Below, in pieces: positions 1 to 7,929 of a DNA stretch of 24,000 bases. Each line of letters starts with the position of its first letter. Within the stretch, counting starts at the first letter, position 1. The translations under genes and the position numbers were made by a program. A model generated the notes under the pieces. The model saw nothing but the letters and a program-made list of their open reading frames with translations. It did not search any database and was not told where the DNA came from. The stretch comes from Paracoccaceae bacterium (GTDB lineage: Bacteria; Pseudomonadota; Alphaproteobacteria; Rhodobacterales; Rhodobacteraceae): positions 55,995 through 79,994 of the forward strand of contig JAZGFN010000011.1 of the NCBI GenBank assembly GCA_036479695.1, given 5' to 3'.

Positions 1-13
1 TTACTTTTATACA

Positions 14-250
14 TTACATATCAATATCTTGGCGGCCTTCAGATTTAATTGTCCACAATTTCAAACCCAGTAATATCCACGGTGCACCGTGAAAAAGCAG
101 ATCGAAAATATCCAGCCCATTCGACAATTCCCCGGCAAACAGCATTTTCAACTTTTGCCACACATGCGGTTCGGGCACAAACGGCATCAAGCCAAGAAAA
201 AGGCTGGCAATAATTAGCGAACGCAGTGGGATTTTTTTGATTAATTTCAT
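14..250 (-). CDS. small membrane protein, function unknown
   Basis: 78-aa ORF with two hydrophobic segments (LIIASLFLGLMPFV and APWILLGLKLW) and a PEPH motif. I cannot name a family with certainty. Confidence 0.5.
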   Translation of the reverse strand: MKLIKKIPLRSLIIASLFLGLMPFVPEPHVWQKLKMLFAGELSNGLDIFDLLFHGAPWILLGLKLWTIKSEGRQDIDM

Positions 251-407
251 GGGAAACCTCTATAGCTGCACCACTTATGAAGCCAATATTGCATGTGTTC
301 AACAAGATAATATCAGCAAGATTACGCCCATATTCTCACCAACACCTTTTATTGCGCTCTGGGACGTATTATATATCACACACATGCCCTAATAATAAGG
401 AGCCATC

Positions 408-686
408 ATGTATAAATTTCGCCCACTCGCATTGATATTTGCGGTATTCGCCTGTGTTTTACCTGCTTTTGCAAATGAACATGACGATAATTTAAAGTTG
501 ATCTTTTATGCCATCCAGATGGAGGGGTATGATTGCGGTGCGCTCGTCGGTTCGCCCATGCCTCGTGATGAGGCTATGGCCTTTGATGTAACCTGCGCAG
601 CAAATACTGACGGCACGGGTGCTGAAACCCGCTATTTCGTTCAGATTATGGACCAGGGGTTTCTGATTAAACCTCAAGAGGGTTAA
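408..686 (+). CDS. small secreted/periplasmic protein, function unknown
   Basis: AAGGAG Shine-Dalgarno at 397-402 and ATG at 408. N-terminal signal peptide MYKFRPLALIFAVFACVLPAFA followed by NE. 92 aa. Confidence 0.6.
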   Translation: MYKFRPLALIFAVFACVLPAFANEHDDNLKLIFYAIQMEGYDCGALVGSPMPRDEAMAFDVTCAANTDGTGAETRYFVQIMDQGFLIKPQEG

Positions 687-739
687 CACGCTTTAAACTA
701 TTTTGCGCCACAACAGCCAGGTTATGTATTTAATCTGGG

Positions 740-1702
740 TTGTGTCGTATCGTGTCTAAAAATAAAACCGTGTCGGAAAATCAAAACCTCCTCAAACGCA
801 AGATCGATAGCGCGGCAAAGCGCCATGCGAAAGCAGCGCTGCAAAACTCATTGGTTACGGATCTTGAAAAATCAATTGCAAAGGTGTTTCTGACTTTGCT
901 ACATGATGAAGTGTCGGCAAGTGTTTGTGACAGCAGTATAAAATCATCAAAAAATGCTATCGAGGATATGGGCGCCTGCCTGTTTGGCATTCTGGATGCC
1001 TATGGCGGCAAAGGCTTAGCTGGCTTTGACCTGGCGTTCATAAATGCAATCACCGCGCTGTTGATGGGGGCAAAAAACGCTGGCGGAAAACCTGCTGAAG
1101 AACGGCCAATATCACAAACTGATGCATCGCTTTCGGCCATGGTGATCAATGCGATTCTGGCCGAGGCGTTTTTTGGCACAAACCCGCAACCCCAAAATTC
1201 ACCAATACCACCGGCATTTGGGATGAATGGCCATAAGCTGGTAAAAGCCCCGTTGTTTTACATGTTGTTTGAGGATAAATACGCGTTCCTGCGCATAGAA
1301 ATATCCAATAAAAACAATGATTCATACGGACAGATTGAACTAATCCTGCCACTGTCCTGTATTGCCACTTTTACCAGTAATGACACCAACACCTCTGCAA
1401 TGGCAGAGCGTGAAATCTGGCGCGACACCATGCAAACCATCGCCACCATCAGTCCGCTGGAATTTGAAACTGTCCTGCAACATATGCCAATTCCTCTTGG
1501 GGAGGTTCTGGGATTTAAAATCGGGGACACGTTGGATTTACCTGACGGCTCGCTTGAACATCTGATTTTGGAGGCGCAGACCCAATCCGGCCCGCTAAGC
1601 GTTTTTGATGGCCAGCTTGGTGCCCTGAAAACCAAAAAAGCCTTTCGCGTATCCAGACGTCTGCACGATGAAACCGCCCCGGCCATCCCCGCTGAGATTT
1701 AA
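740..1702 (+). CDS. FliM/FliN (SpoA-domain) family flagellar-switch-like protein, orphan
   Basis: 320-aa ORF starting at TTG 740 or in-frame GTG 752. The C-terminal segment IPLGEVLGFKIGDTLDLPDGSLEHLILEAQ...GQLGALKTKKAFRV fits the FliN/SpoA pattern. Size and layout are FliM-like, but there is no LSQxEIDALL-type N-terminus. The stop at 1700-1702 lies 1 nt from the tRNA end. Confidence 0.6.
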   Translation: MCRIVSKNKTVSENQNLLKRKIDSAAKRHAKAALQNSLVTDLEKSIAKVFLTLLHDEVSASVCDSSIKSSKNAIEDMGACLFGILDAYGGKGLAGFDLAFINAITALLMGAKNAGGKPAEERPISQTDASLSAMVINAILAEAFFGTNPQPQNSPIPPAFGMNGHKLVKAPLFYMLFEDKYAFLRIEISNKNNDSYGQIELILPLSCIATFTSNDTNTSAMAEREIWRDTMQTIATISPLEFETVLQHMPIPLGEVLGFKIGDTLDLPDGSLEHLILEAQTQSGPLSVFDGQLGALKTKKAFRVSRRLHDETAPAIPAEI

Positions 1703-1703
1703 G

Positions 1704-1788
1704 TGGTACCCGAGGCCGGACTCGAACCGGCACACCTTGCGGCGGGGGATTTTGAATCCCCTGCGTCTACCAATTCCGCCACTCGGGC
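1704..1788 (-). tRNA. tRNA-Leu (anticodon CAA), CCA encoded
   Basis: The reverse complement reads GCCCGAGTGGCGGAATTGGTAGACGCAGGGGATTCAAAATCCCCCGCCGCAAGGTGTGCCGGTTCGAGTCCGGCCTCGGGTACCA. It has a 7-bp acceptor stem, anticodon loop TTCAAAA, a long variable arm, a GGTTCGAGTCC T-arm, and is 85 nt long. Confidence 0.95.
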
Positions 1789-1959
1789 ACATCGCGCTCA
1801 GCGGTAGTATCTGAGCGTGCCAGCAAAACATTGCTGCGCATCTGCTATCAAATACGTAAATGCAGGTAAAGCGCTATCCGCCTATGGCCAGAAAAAACCC
1901 ACATCAGGCTTGACCTTGAAACCCTGACATGATGCATGGAACAAAACCGAGGGCGCATA

Positions 1960-2538
1960 ATGTTAAAGAGATTATATAACTGGACCATGTCGCTGGCAAA
2001 ATCCCGACATGCCCTGTCTATTTTGGCGATTATCAGCTTTGTCGAGGCCTCTATTTTCCCGATTCCCCCCGATGTTTTGATGATCCCGATGATCCTTGCA
2101 CTGCCACGTCGCGCCTTTTTAATCGCCGCTGTAACCACGATCAGTTCGGTTCTGGGCGGGATGTTTGGATATGTGCTTGGCGTATACCTTTATGAGGAAT
2201 TCGGGCGGCCTGTCCTGGAATTTTACGGGAAAACCGACGCTTTTGCGGTTTTCCAGAAGTATTACAAACATTACGGATCGGTCATTCTGCTGTTTTCCGG
2301 CATCACCCCCTTTCCTTTCAAAGTCACAACCATTTTGTCCGGGGCAACCGGCCTCAACTTTGGGACATTTGCCGCATTCACCCTTGTCGGCCGCGCTGTT
2401 AGGTTCTTTATTGTGGCCGCATTATTGTGGAAATTCGGGCCGCCCATCCGGGATTTCATCGAGAAACGGTTGGGGCTGGTATTTACGGCGGCGCTGCTAC
2501 TTTTACTGGGCGGTTTCTTAGTTGCATGGATGGTCTAA
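1960..2538 (+). CDS. yqaA: YqaA/DedA-type (SNARE-associated) inner membrane protein
   Basis: The ORF track begins at 1936, but ATG 1960 is preceded by GAGGG at 1949-1953. The N-terminus MLKRLYNWTMSLAKSRHALSILAIISFVEASIFPIPPDVLMIPM matches my recollection of alphaproteobacterial YqaA-family proteins. The stop overlaps the next start (TAATG). Confidence 0.8.
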   Translation: MLKRLYNWTMSLAKSRHALSILAIISFVEASIFPIPPDVLMIPMILALPRRAFLIAAVTTISSVLGGMFGYVLGVYLYEEFGRPVLEFYGKTDAFAVFQKYYKHYGSVILLFSGITPFPFKVTTILSGATGLNFGTFAAFTLVGRAVRFFIVAALLWKFGPPIRDFIEKRLGLVFTAALLLLLGGFLVAWMV

Positions 2539-3005
2539 TGACAAAATTTCAGAAAAACGTACTTTTGGCGGCTGGCGGTTCTGCGGGCATGATGCTGGGG
2601 GCGTTAATGTTTCAATATATCGGCGGCATGGCCCCGTGCAAGATGTGCATCTGGCAACGCTGGCCCCATGGCATCGCGATATTCCTTGGGCTGGTTGTTA
2701 TATTTCACCCGCACCGTCTTTGGACAATCATGGGCAGTACCGTTGTATTCATCGGTGCCGGCATCGGGTTTTATCACGCAGGCGTAGAGCAAAAATGGTG
2801 GGAGGGGCCAAACAGTTGCACCGGCAGTGGCCTGTCGTTAAGCGACAACCTGCTGGATCTATCCGCCCCCGTGAACATCGTGATGTGCGACGTTATTCCC
2901 TGGGCAATGTTTGGCATATCCATGGCTGGCTGGAACGCGATTATTTCCGTGATACTGGGGGTTCTATGGCTGCGGGCCTATGCCTCCAGCTCCGCATCCC
3001 AATAA
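2538..3005 (+). CDS. dsbB: DsbB-family disulfide bond formation protein
   Basis: ATG 2538 overlaps the yqaA stop. The 155-aa, 4-TM protein has a CKMC redox pair in the first periplasmic loop and a second Cys pair (CTGSG...MC). The upstream part of ORF 2427..3005 overlaps yqaA and is rejected. Confidence 0.8.
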   Translation: MTKFQKNVLLAAGGSAGMMLGALMFQYIGGMAPCKMCIWQRWPHGIAIFLGLVVIFHPHRLWTIMGSTVVFIGAGIGFYHAGVEQKWWEGPNSCTGSGLSLSDNLLDLSAPVNIVMCDVIPWAMFGISMAGWNAIISVILGVLWLRAYASSSASQ

Positions 3006-3559
3006 AGGAAATCCATCCAGCTTTCATGCAGATGGTTTGGCGGAAATTTGCGCCCGGTGTTCAGCAATTGCATCGGTTCAGGCCTGACCGGCACCCGGCG
3101 CAGGCGCATTCCCGCCTGTTTCAAGCTGTACGAGCCTTTGCGCAAGTTACACGGGCTGCATGAGGCCACAACATTTTCCCAGGTCGTGCGCCCACCCTTT
3201 GAGCGCGCAATAACATGGTCAAACGTCATATCGCCCCGCGCCCCGCAGTACTGGCAGGAAAATTCGTCGCGCAAAAACAAGTTAAAGCGCGTGAACGCTG
3301 CATTGCGCGCCACATGCACGAAATCTTTCAGCACCACGACCGACGGAATGCGCATTTCCATTGAGGGTGCATGCACGACTGCGTCGTATTCGGCAACAAT
3401 GCTAACCCGGTCCAGAAACGCTGCCTTTACCGCCTCTTGCCATGTCCACAGCGATAGCGGCAGATAGGAAAGCGGGCGAAAATCGGCATTCAGAACCAGC
3501 GCCGGATGCTGATTTATACAACCCGGTTGTCTGATGAAATTATTGACATATGCATTCAC
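2978..3559 (-). CDS. HNH endonuclease family protein
   Basis: CQYCG...FDHVIARSKGGRTTWENVVASCSPCNLRKG is a classic HNH/CxxC motif set. 193 aa. The 3' end overlaps the convergent dsbB by 28 nt. Confidence 0.8.
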   Translation of the reverse strand: MNAYVNNFIRQPGCINQHPALVLNADFRPLSYLPLSLWTWQEAVKAAFLDRVSIVAEYDAVVHAPSMEMRIPSVVVLKDFVHVARNAAFTRFNLFLRDEFSCQYCGARGDMTFDHVIARSKGGRTTWENVVASCSPCNLRKGSYSLKQAGMRLRRVPVRPEPMQLLNTGRKFPPNHLHESWMDFLYWDAELEA

Positions 3560-3650
3560 AATACATCCCGATCGAAAATATTCTGGCCTTGGCGTAATTG
3601 TCGCGACTATATCTAGTTCACCGCACCAAACAACCCCCCTATGGGATGTG

Positions 3651-4301
3651 TTATAGAAGCTTCATATTGATGAATTGCAGCGCCATGCTCAACCCATCCT
3701 GGGCGATACTGTGGCCGGTGTTTTCAGAGATATGCGTATAAACCTCAAACCCTTCGCCGCTTAAGGTTTTGGCGGCCTCGTGCATATAGGCAGGGCTGAC
3801 CATTTCGTCGTTATCGCCGTGGATCAACATCACCGGCGGCTTGGAAACCACATCATTCGCCAGTTTCTCCGGCTCCAACAGACGTCCGGAAAACCCAACG
3901 ATACCCCCAAATGCCACAGGGCGGCGGGGCGCCACGGCCAGTGCCATCATCGTACCTTGTGAAAACCCGACGATGATCGTGCGCGCAGGTAAAATCCCTT
4001 CGGTTTTGGCAACATCATCGAGCCATGCATTCAGTAAACGCTCACCCTCGACCTTACCTGCCGCCGCGTCCGCATCGCTAGAGCCATCAAGCCAGGGGAT
4101 CGGAAACCATTGATATCCCATGGGATTATTGATGCAAACCTGTGGTGCATTGGGGGCGAGGAACGTCGTATTGGGCAAATGTGCAGCCAGAGGATCGCCA
4201 AGGCCGATCAAATCCTGCGCATCGGCGCCGTAGCCGTGCAAAAATATCACCAGACTGTCTGCCTTGCCTGATTTCGCGTCCTTACGTGGCCCTGCTAACA
4301 T
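3651..4301 (-). CDS. alpha/beta hydrolase, phospholipase/carboxylesterase family
   Basis: Motifs LVIFLHGYGADAQDL, the nucleophile elbow GFSQGTMMA, HGDNDEMV and a late GHS. I chose the start at ATG 4301 (MLAGPRK), which overlaps the upstream gene's stop as TAATG, rather than 4373. Confidence 0.8.
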   Translation of the reverse strand: MLAGPRKDAKSGKADSLVIFLHGYGADAQDLIGLGDPLAAHLPNTTFLAPNAPQVCINNPMGYQWFPIPWLDGSSDADAAAGKVEGERLLNAWLDDVAKTEGILPARTIIVGFSQGTMMALAVAPRRPVAFGGIVGFSGRLLEPEKLANDVVSKPPVMLIHGDNDEMVSPAYMHEAAKTLSGEGFEVYTHISENTGHSIAQDGLSMALQFINMKLL

Positions 4302-4927
4302 TATCTTATCCCTTCGCGCTCTTTTATGATGCGGTAATAGGCCCACAACAGCCGGGCTGCAACCGCGCGCCACGGCGACCAGGCCTCGGCCATTTCGCGC
4401 AAGGCTTTTTCCTTGGGGCGGGCATCAAGATCAAACAACACCCGCGCGGCCTCTTGCAAGGCTAAATCACCGGGGGCGAACACATCCGCATGCCCAAGCG
4501 AAAACATCACGTATATTTCTGCCGTCCAGGCCCCGATACCGCGAATGGCCACCAGCTCTGCGATAACCTGCTCTGCGGGCATGGTGCGAAACGCGGTGTA
4601 ATCCAGATCAGCCGCCGCCAAATCGCGGGCATAGGTGATTTTCTGGCGCGAAAACCCGCAGGCGCGCAGATCATCATCGCTGGCATCCAAAATGGCGTCG
4701 GCTTCACACATGCCTGCCGTTTCCATGCGCGCCCAAATCGCATTGGCCGATGCAACAGACAATTGCTGGCTGGTGATGGCGTTTAGAATTTCGCGAAACC
4801 CGTCTTTGCGACGGCGCAATGGCAGCGGTCCGCAGGTTTCCAACGCGCGTGCAAACCGCACATCCTGTCCGGCCAGCCACGCCGCCCCGATCGCAACATC
4901 CGCTGCGTTTTCAATTATGCGTGTCAT
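4301..4927 (-). CDS. DNA-3-methyladenine glycosylase II family (HhH-GPD) protein
   Basis: 208 aa. GIGAWTAEIYVMFSLGHADVFAPGDLAL is the helix-hairpin-helix/GPD signature of AlkA-type glycosylases. Confidence 0.8.
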   Translation of the reverse strand: MTRIIENAADVAIGAAWLAGQDVRFARALETCGPLPLRRRKDGFREILNAITSQQLSVASANAIWARMETAGMCEADAILDASDDDLRACGFSRQKITYARDLAAADLDYTAFRTMPAEQVIAELVAIRGIGAWTAEIYVMFSLGHADVFAPGDLALQEAARVLFDLDARPKEKALREMAEAWSPWRAVAARLLWAYYRIIKEREGIR

Positions 4928-5042
4928 TCTAACCCCCGTTTCCCTAAACCTTATATAGCTTTAGAAACGCATGAAACAAAATGTTACAGCGCGTCGCAAT
5001 TTCACGCTAGAACTTCTTGCCTGCACCTCATAGACCCAAACC

Positions 5043-6257
5043 ATGACGCATATTGCCGATGATAAACGCGCCAAGCGCAACGTGGTGGTTCTTGTGGCCG
5101 CACAAGCGATTCTGGGCAGCCAGATGGCTATCAGTTTTATCCTTGGCGGGCTGGCCGGGCAATACCTGTCACCGAACCCGTGTTTTGCGACCTTGCCTAT
5201 CTCATTGATCATTCTGGGCTCAATGCTGACCGCGCCGGTTATGTCAACGATCATGCAAAAACATGGGCGCCGCGCCGGGTTTTTTATGGGCGTAATTGCA
5301 GCCGCCATTGGCGCATCGATTTCAGCCTATGCGCTGTGGGTCAATTCTTTTCCGCTGTTCCTGCTCGGCGCATTCATGACCGGCATTTACATGTCAGCCC
5401 AAGGGTTTTACCGGTTTGCCGCGACAGATATGGCCAGTGAAACCTTTACCCCAAAAGCCATTTCATGGGTCATGGCGGGTGGCCTGCTGGCGGCAATCAT
5501 TGGCCCGCAACTGGTAAAACTGACCCAGGACGCCATGGCGCCGATCCCTTTTGTTGGTGCATACTTCGCCGTTATAGCCATCAATTTCATCGGCTTTTTC
5601 CTGTTTTTCTTCCTCGACATCCCAAAACCGAGCCCTGTTTCTAAAGATGCTCCCAAAGGGCGCTCTTACATTGAGTTACTGCGCGAGCCGCAAATTCTCG
5701 TCGCCATCATCAGCGCCATGGTCGCTTATTCTTTGATGAACCTCGTGATGACCTCAACGCCTCTGGCGGTTGTCGGCTGTGGTTTCAGTACCAATCAGGC
5801 GGCTGACATCGTGTCCGCGCATGTTTTAGCGATGTATGTGCCCTCATTTTTCACCGGCATTCTGATCAGCCGGTTTGGCGTGAAACGGATCATCGGAATC
5901 GGCATGGCAATTCTGGCTACCGCAGGCATGGTTGCCCTTTCAGGGATCGAGATCGGGAATTTCTATGTGGCGCTGATATTGCTGGGCATCGGTTGGAATT
6001 TCGGGTTTATCGGCGGCACGACGATGTTGTCGCGTGCCCACACCCCGGCCGAGCGTGGCCGTGTGCAAGGCATGAATGATTTCATGGTGTTTGGCATGGT
6101 GACGCTGGCCTCGCTTAGTTCGGGCGGGTTGATGAATTGCTCGGGCGGGTCAGCAGAGCAAGGCTGGCAGGCGGTTAATCTGGCGATGATCCCGTTTTTG
6201 ATGCTGGCCAGCGGCGCGCTGATCTGGTTCGTGATATCGGGAAAAAACCGCCGCTAG
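5043..6257 (+). CDS. MFS transporter
   Basis: 404 aa, about 12 hydrophobic helices, with an MFS loop motif MQKHGRRAGF between TM2 and TM3. Confidence 0.8.
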   Translation: MTHIADDKRAKRNVVVLVAAQAILGSQMAISFILGGLAGQYLSPNPCFATLPISLIILGSMLTAPVMSTIMQKHGRRAGFFMGVIAAAIGASISAYALWVNSFPLFLLGAFMTGIYMSAQGFYRFAATDMASETFTPKAISWVMAGGLLAAIIGPQLVKLTQDAMAPIPFVGAYFAVIAINFIGFFLFFFLDIPKPSPVSKDAPKGRSYIELLREPQILVAIISAMVAYSLMNLVMTSTPLAVVGCGFSTNQAADIVSAHVLAMYVPSFFTGILISRFGVKRIIGIGMAILATAGMVALSGIEIGNFYVALILLGIGWNFGFIGGTTMLSRAHTPAERGRVQGMNDFMVFGMVTLASLSSGGLMNCSGGSAEQGWQAVNLAMIPFLMLASGALIWFVISGKNRR

Positions 6258-6376
6258 TTGTGTATAATACTTGGCAAAGGCATTTGCCCTAAGTTACCCT
6301 CTATGAAAACTCGATTTTAAAATACCGCGATATACTGAATTATTGTTTTATAACAATCGATTGCGATATTTTTATG

Positions 6377-6404
6377 GATACTACTAAACCGGTTTAGTAG
6401 TATC
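6377..6404. repeat. 28-bp perfect palindrome gatactactaaacc|ggtttagtagtatc, copy 1 of a shared 22-bp core
   Basis: Read directly: 14-bp arms with no spacer. The core actactaaaccggtttagtagt is identical to that at 11217-11248. It lies in an AT-rich 215-bp gap between convergent genes. Confidence 0.9.
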
Positions 6405-6472
6405 AGTTGGAAACCGTAATTTTCGCACCTGAAAGGGTTTCCAGTTTTAGCTGCGTCAAAGCAATAGTATCA

Positions 6473-7234
6473 CTACCAAAGACCCGATAAGCGGCGCCAA
6501 ATCAGGGATGCATGGCGTTGGGCTGGGGATTCTTGTAACAAGCCTGCGCCGACTTTTGCGGGGTATTTCAGAGCCGTTTTTAAGGTTGCATCTGCGCGCC
6601 AGCCAACCAGCATCGCTCCTAGCGCAGTCGTATCAACCTCGGCCCGTTTGCGGCGCGCGGTTTGCAGGGATTGCACTGCAGATCGCGCATGTGCATCCGG
6701 GGTCAGCACCAAGGGTTTGCGCCCGCGCGCCTGCAATTCCGGCACCGCGCGCAGCAGATTGGCCACCCCTGCCCCGTAAGCAAAATCCGAAATAACAGGC
6801 AGTGCAGCGGGTGATGCGCCCAGCGCCATTGCGGCCAGTTGCATCAGATTGCCCGAGGTTGCGTTGATAAAGATATCAAACGCCGTGCTATCTGCATGGG
6901 GGTCACGATAGATGTCAAAACGCCGTGCATTGATCATCGAGAGGAAAAGGTTTTGGGGCAAATCATGGCGCGCTATAACCTCGGCCAAAGGAGCCAGAAT
7001 CTGGTGGGCGCGGATTGTGCCAGCGTATAGATCATCGATCGCGTCATGCCACCATTGCAGCCGCATCTCGGCGATTATCGCCTCGCCACTAGCCCAGGGC
7101 GCGCGGGCGATTTCAAGGTTAAAGGCGTAAAGAGCAAACAGCCCAACGCGCGCAATAACTGGGGCCGCCATTGTTGCCAGATAGCGATCAGGGTCGTTGG
7201 CGCGCACCATATCTGCGCAAATATTGGTACTCAT
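6473..7234 (-). CDS. squalene/phytoene synthase-family protein (NDUFAF6-like group)
   Basis: The N-terminus DPDRYLATMAAP...LFALYAFNLEIARAP...EMRLQWWHDAI matches my recollection of the alphaproteobacterial SQS/PSY-like family. The start overlaps the upstream stop (ATGA at 7231-7234). Confidence 0.75.
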   Translation of the reverse strand: MSTNICADMVRANDPDRYLATMAAPVIARVGLFALYAFNLEIARAPWASGEAIIAEMRLQWWHDAIDDLYAGTIRAHQILAPLAEVIARHDLPQNLFLSMINARRFDIYRDPHADSTAFDIFINATSGNLMQLAAMALGASPAALPVISDFAYGAGVANLLRAVPELQARGRKPLVLTPDAHARSAVQSLQTARRKRAEVDTTALGAMLVGWRADATLKTALKYPAKVGAGLLQESPAQRHASLIWRRLSGLW

Positions 7235-7929
7235 AAGGGCTGCACCAGAAATACGGCATAGTCGTATTCACCAAAATGCGCCTCAAACAGGGCAATTTCA
7301 GCCTCGGTTTCGACCAGAACGGCGGCCATGTTGTCACTAACCGGAGATTTGCGCAGTTCCGAAATCCGCGCGGCAAGCGAGGCATAGTAATGCTGCCACC
7401 CGGCGCGGCCCAGTGGCGTGGCCGAGGTCACGTTAAATCCGCAACCCTCAATGCGTTGGCGCATGCTGGCGATGGTCCCGATTTGTGGATAGGCTTCTTG
7501 CCAAAAGGTTTTGGCCGCGTTTGATGGGGTATCTGTCAGCCAGACCACCTCGGAAAAGGCGATCCTGCCACCGGGTTCCAGATGCGGCCCCCACGCCTTT
7601 AGCGCCGCTTCAATGCCAACGAAATACACTGCCCCCGCGCACCAGATCAGATCAAACTTGCCATCCGGCGCCAACATGTCGCTCACATGAAAATCCGCGC
7701 GTAACCCGCGGGCTTTGGCAGCGGCGATAAACTCTGGATGTTTATCCACGCCGATGATTTCCACCTCCGGCAGCATGTCCAGCATCATCGCGCTATCTGC
7801 CCCCGAGCCACAGGCGGCATCAAAAATCCGCGCTTCTTTCGCCAGACCTTGCAGCGCCCGCGCCAGACTTGCCTTATCGCCGGGGCCTTCGCGGGTTAAA
7901 CCACTGTAAAGGGTCCAGAAATCCTGCAT
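7231..7929 (-). CDS. class I SAM-dependent methyltransferase
   Basis: Motif I IFDAACGSGADS, then acidic GVD and DLIWCAGAVYF. 232 aa. The ATG at 7929 directly follows the cimA TAG stop. Confidence 0.75.
   Translation of the reverse strand: MQDFWTLYSGLTREGPGDKASLARALQGLAKEARIFDAACGSGADSAMMLDMLPEVEIIGVDKHPEFIAAAKARGLRADFHVSDMLAPDGKFDLIWCAGAVYFVGIEAALKAWGPHLEPGGRIAFSEVVWLTDTPSNAAKTFWQEAYPQIGTIASMRQRIEGCGFNVTSATPLGRAGWQHYYASLAARISELRKSPVSDNMAAVLVETEAEIALFEAHFGEYDYAVFLVQPL

Noticed and set aside
682-696. A CtrA-like GTTAA...TTAA element just upstream of the FliM-like gene
   Set aside because: The spacing is N6, not the canonical N7, and it overlaps the stop codon of the preceding ORF. It is tempting because CtrA controls flagellar genes, but it does not fit the motif.
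2978-3005. A 28-nt overlap of the convergent dsbB and HNH gene ends
   Set aside because: Both ORFs have clear family features to their ends. Convergent overlaps of this size occur in compact genomes, and nothing further suggests a special function.
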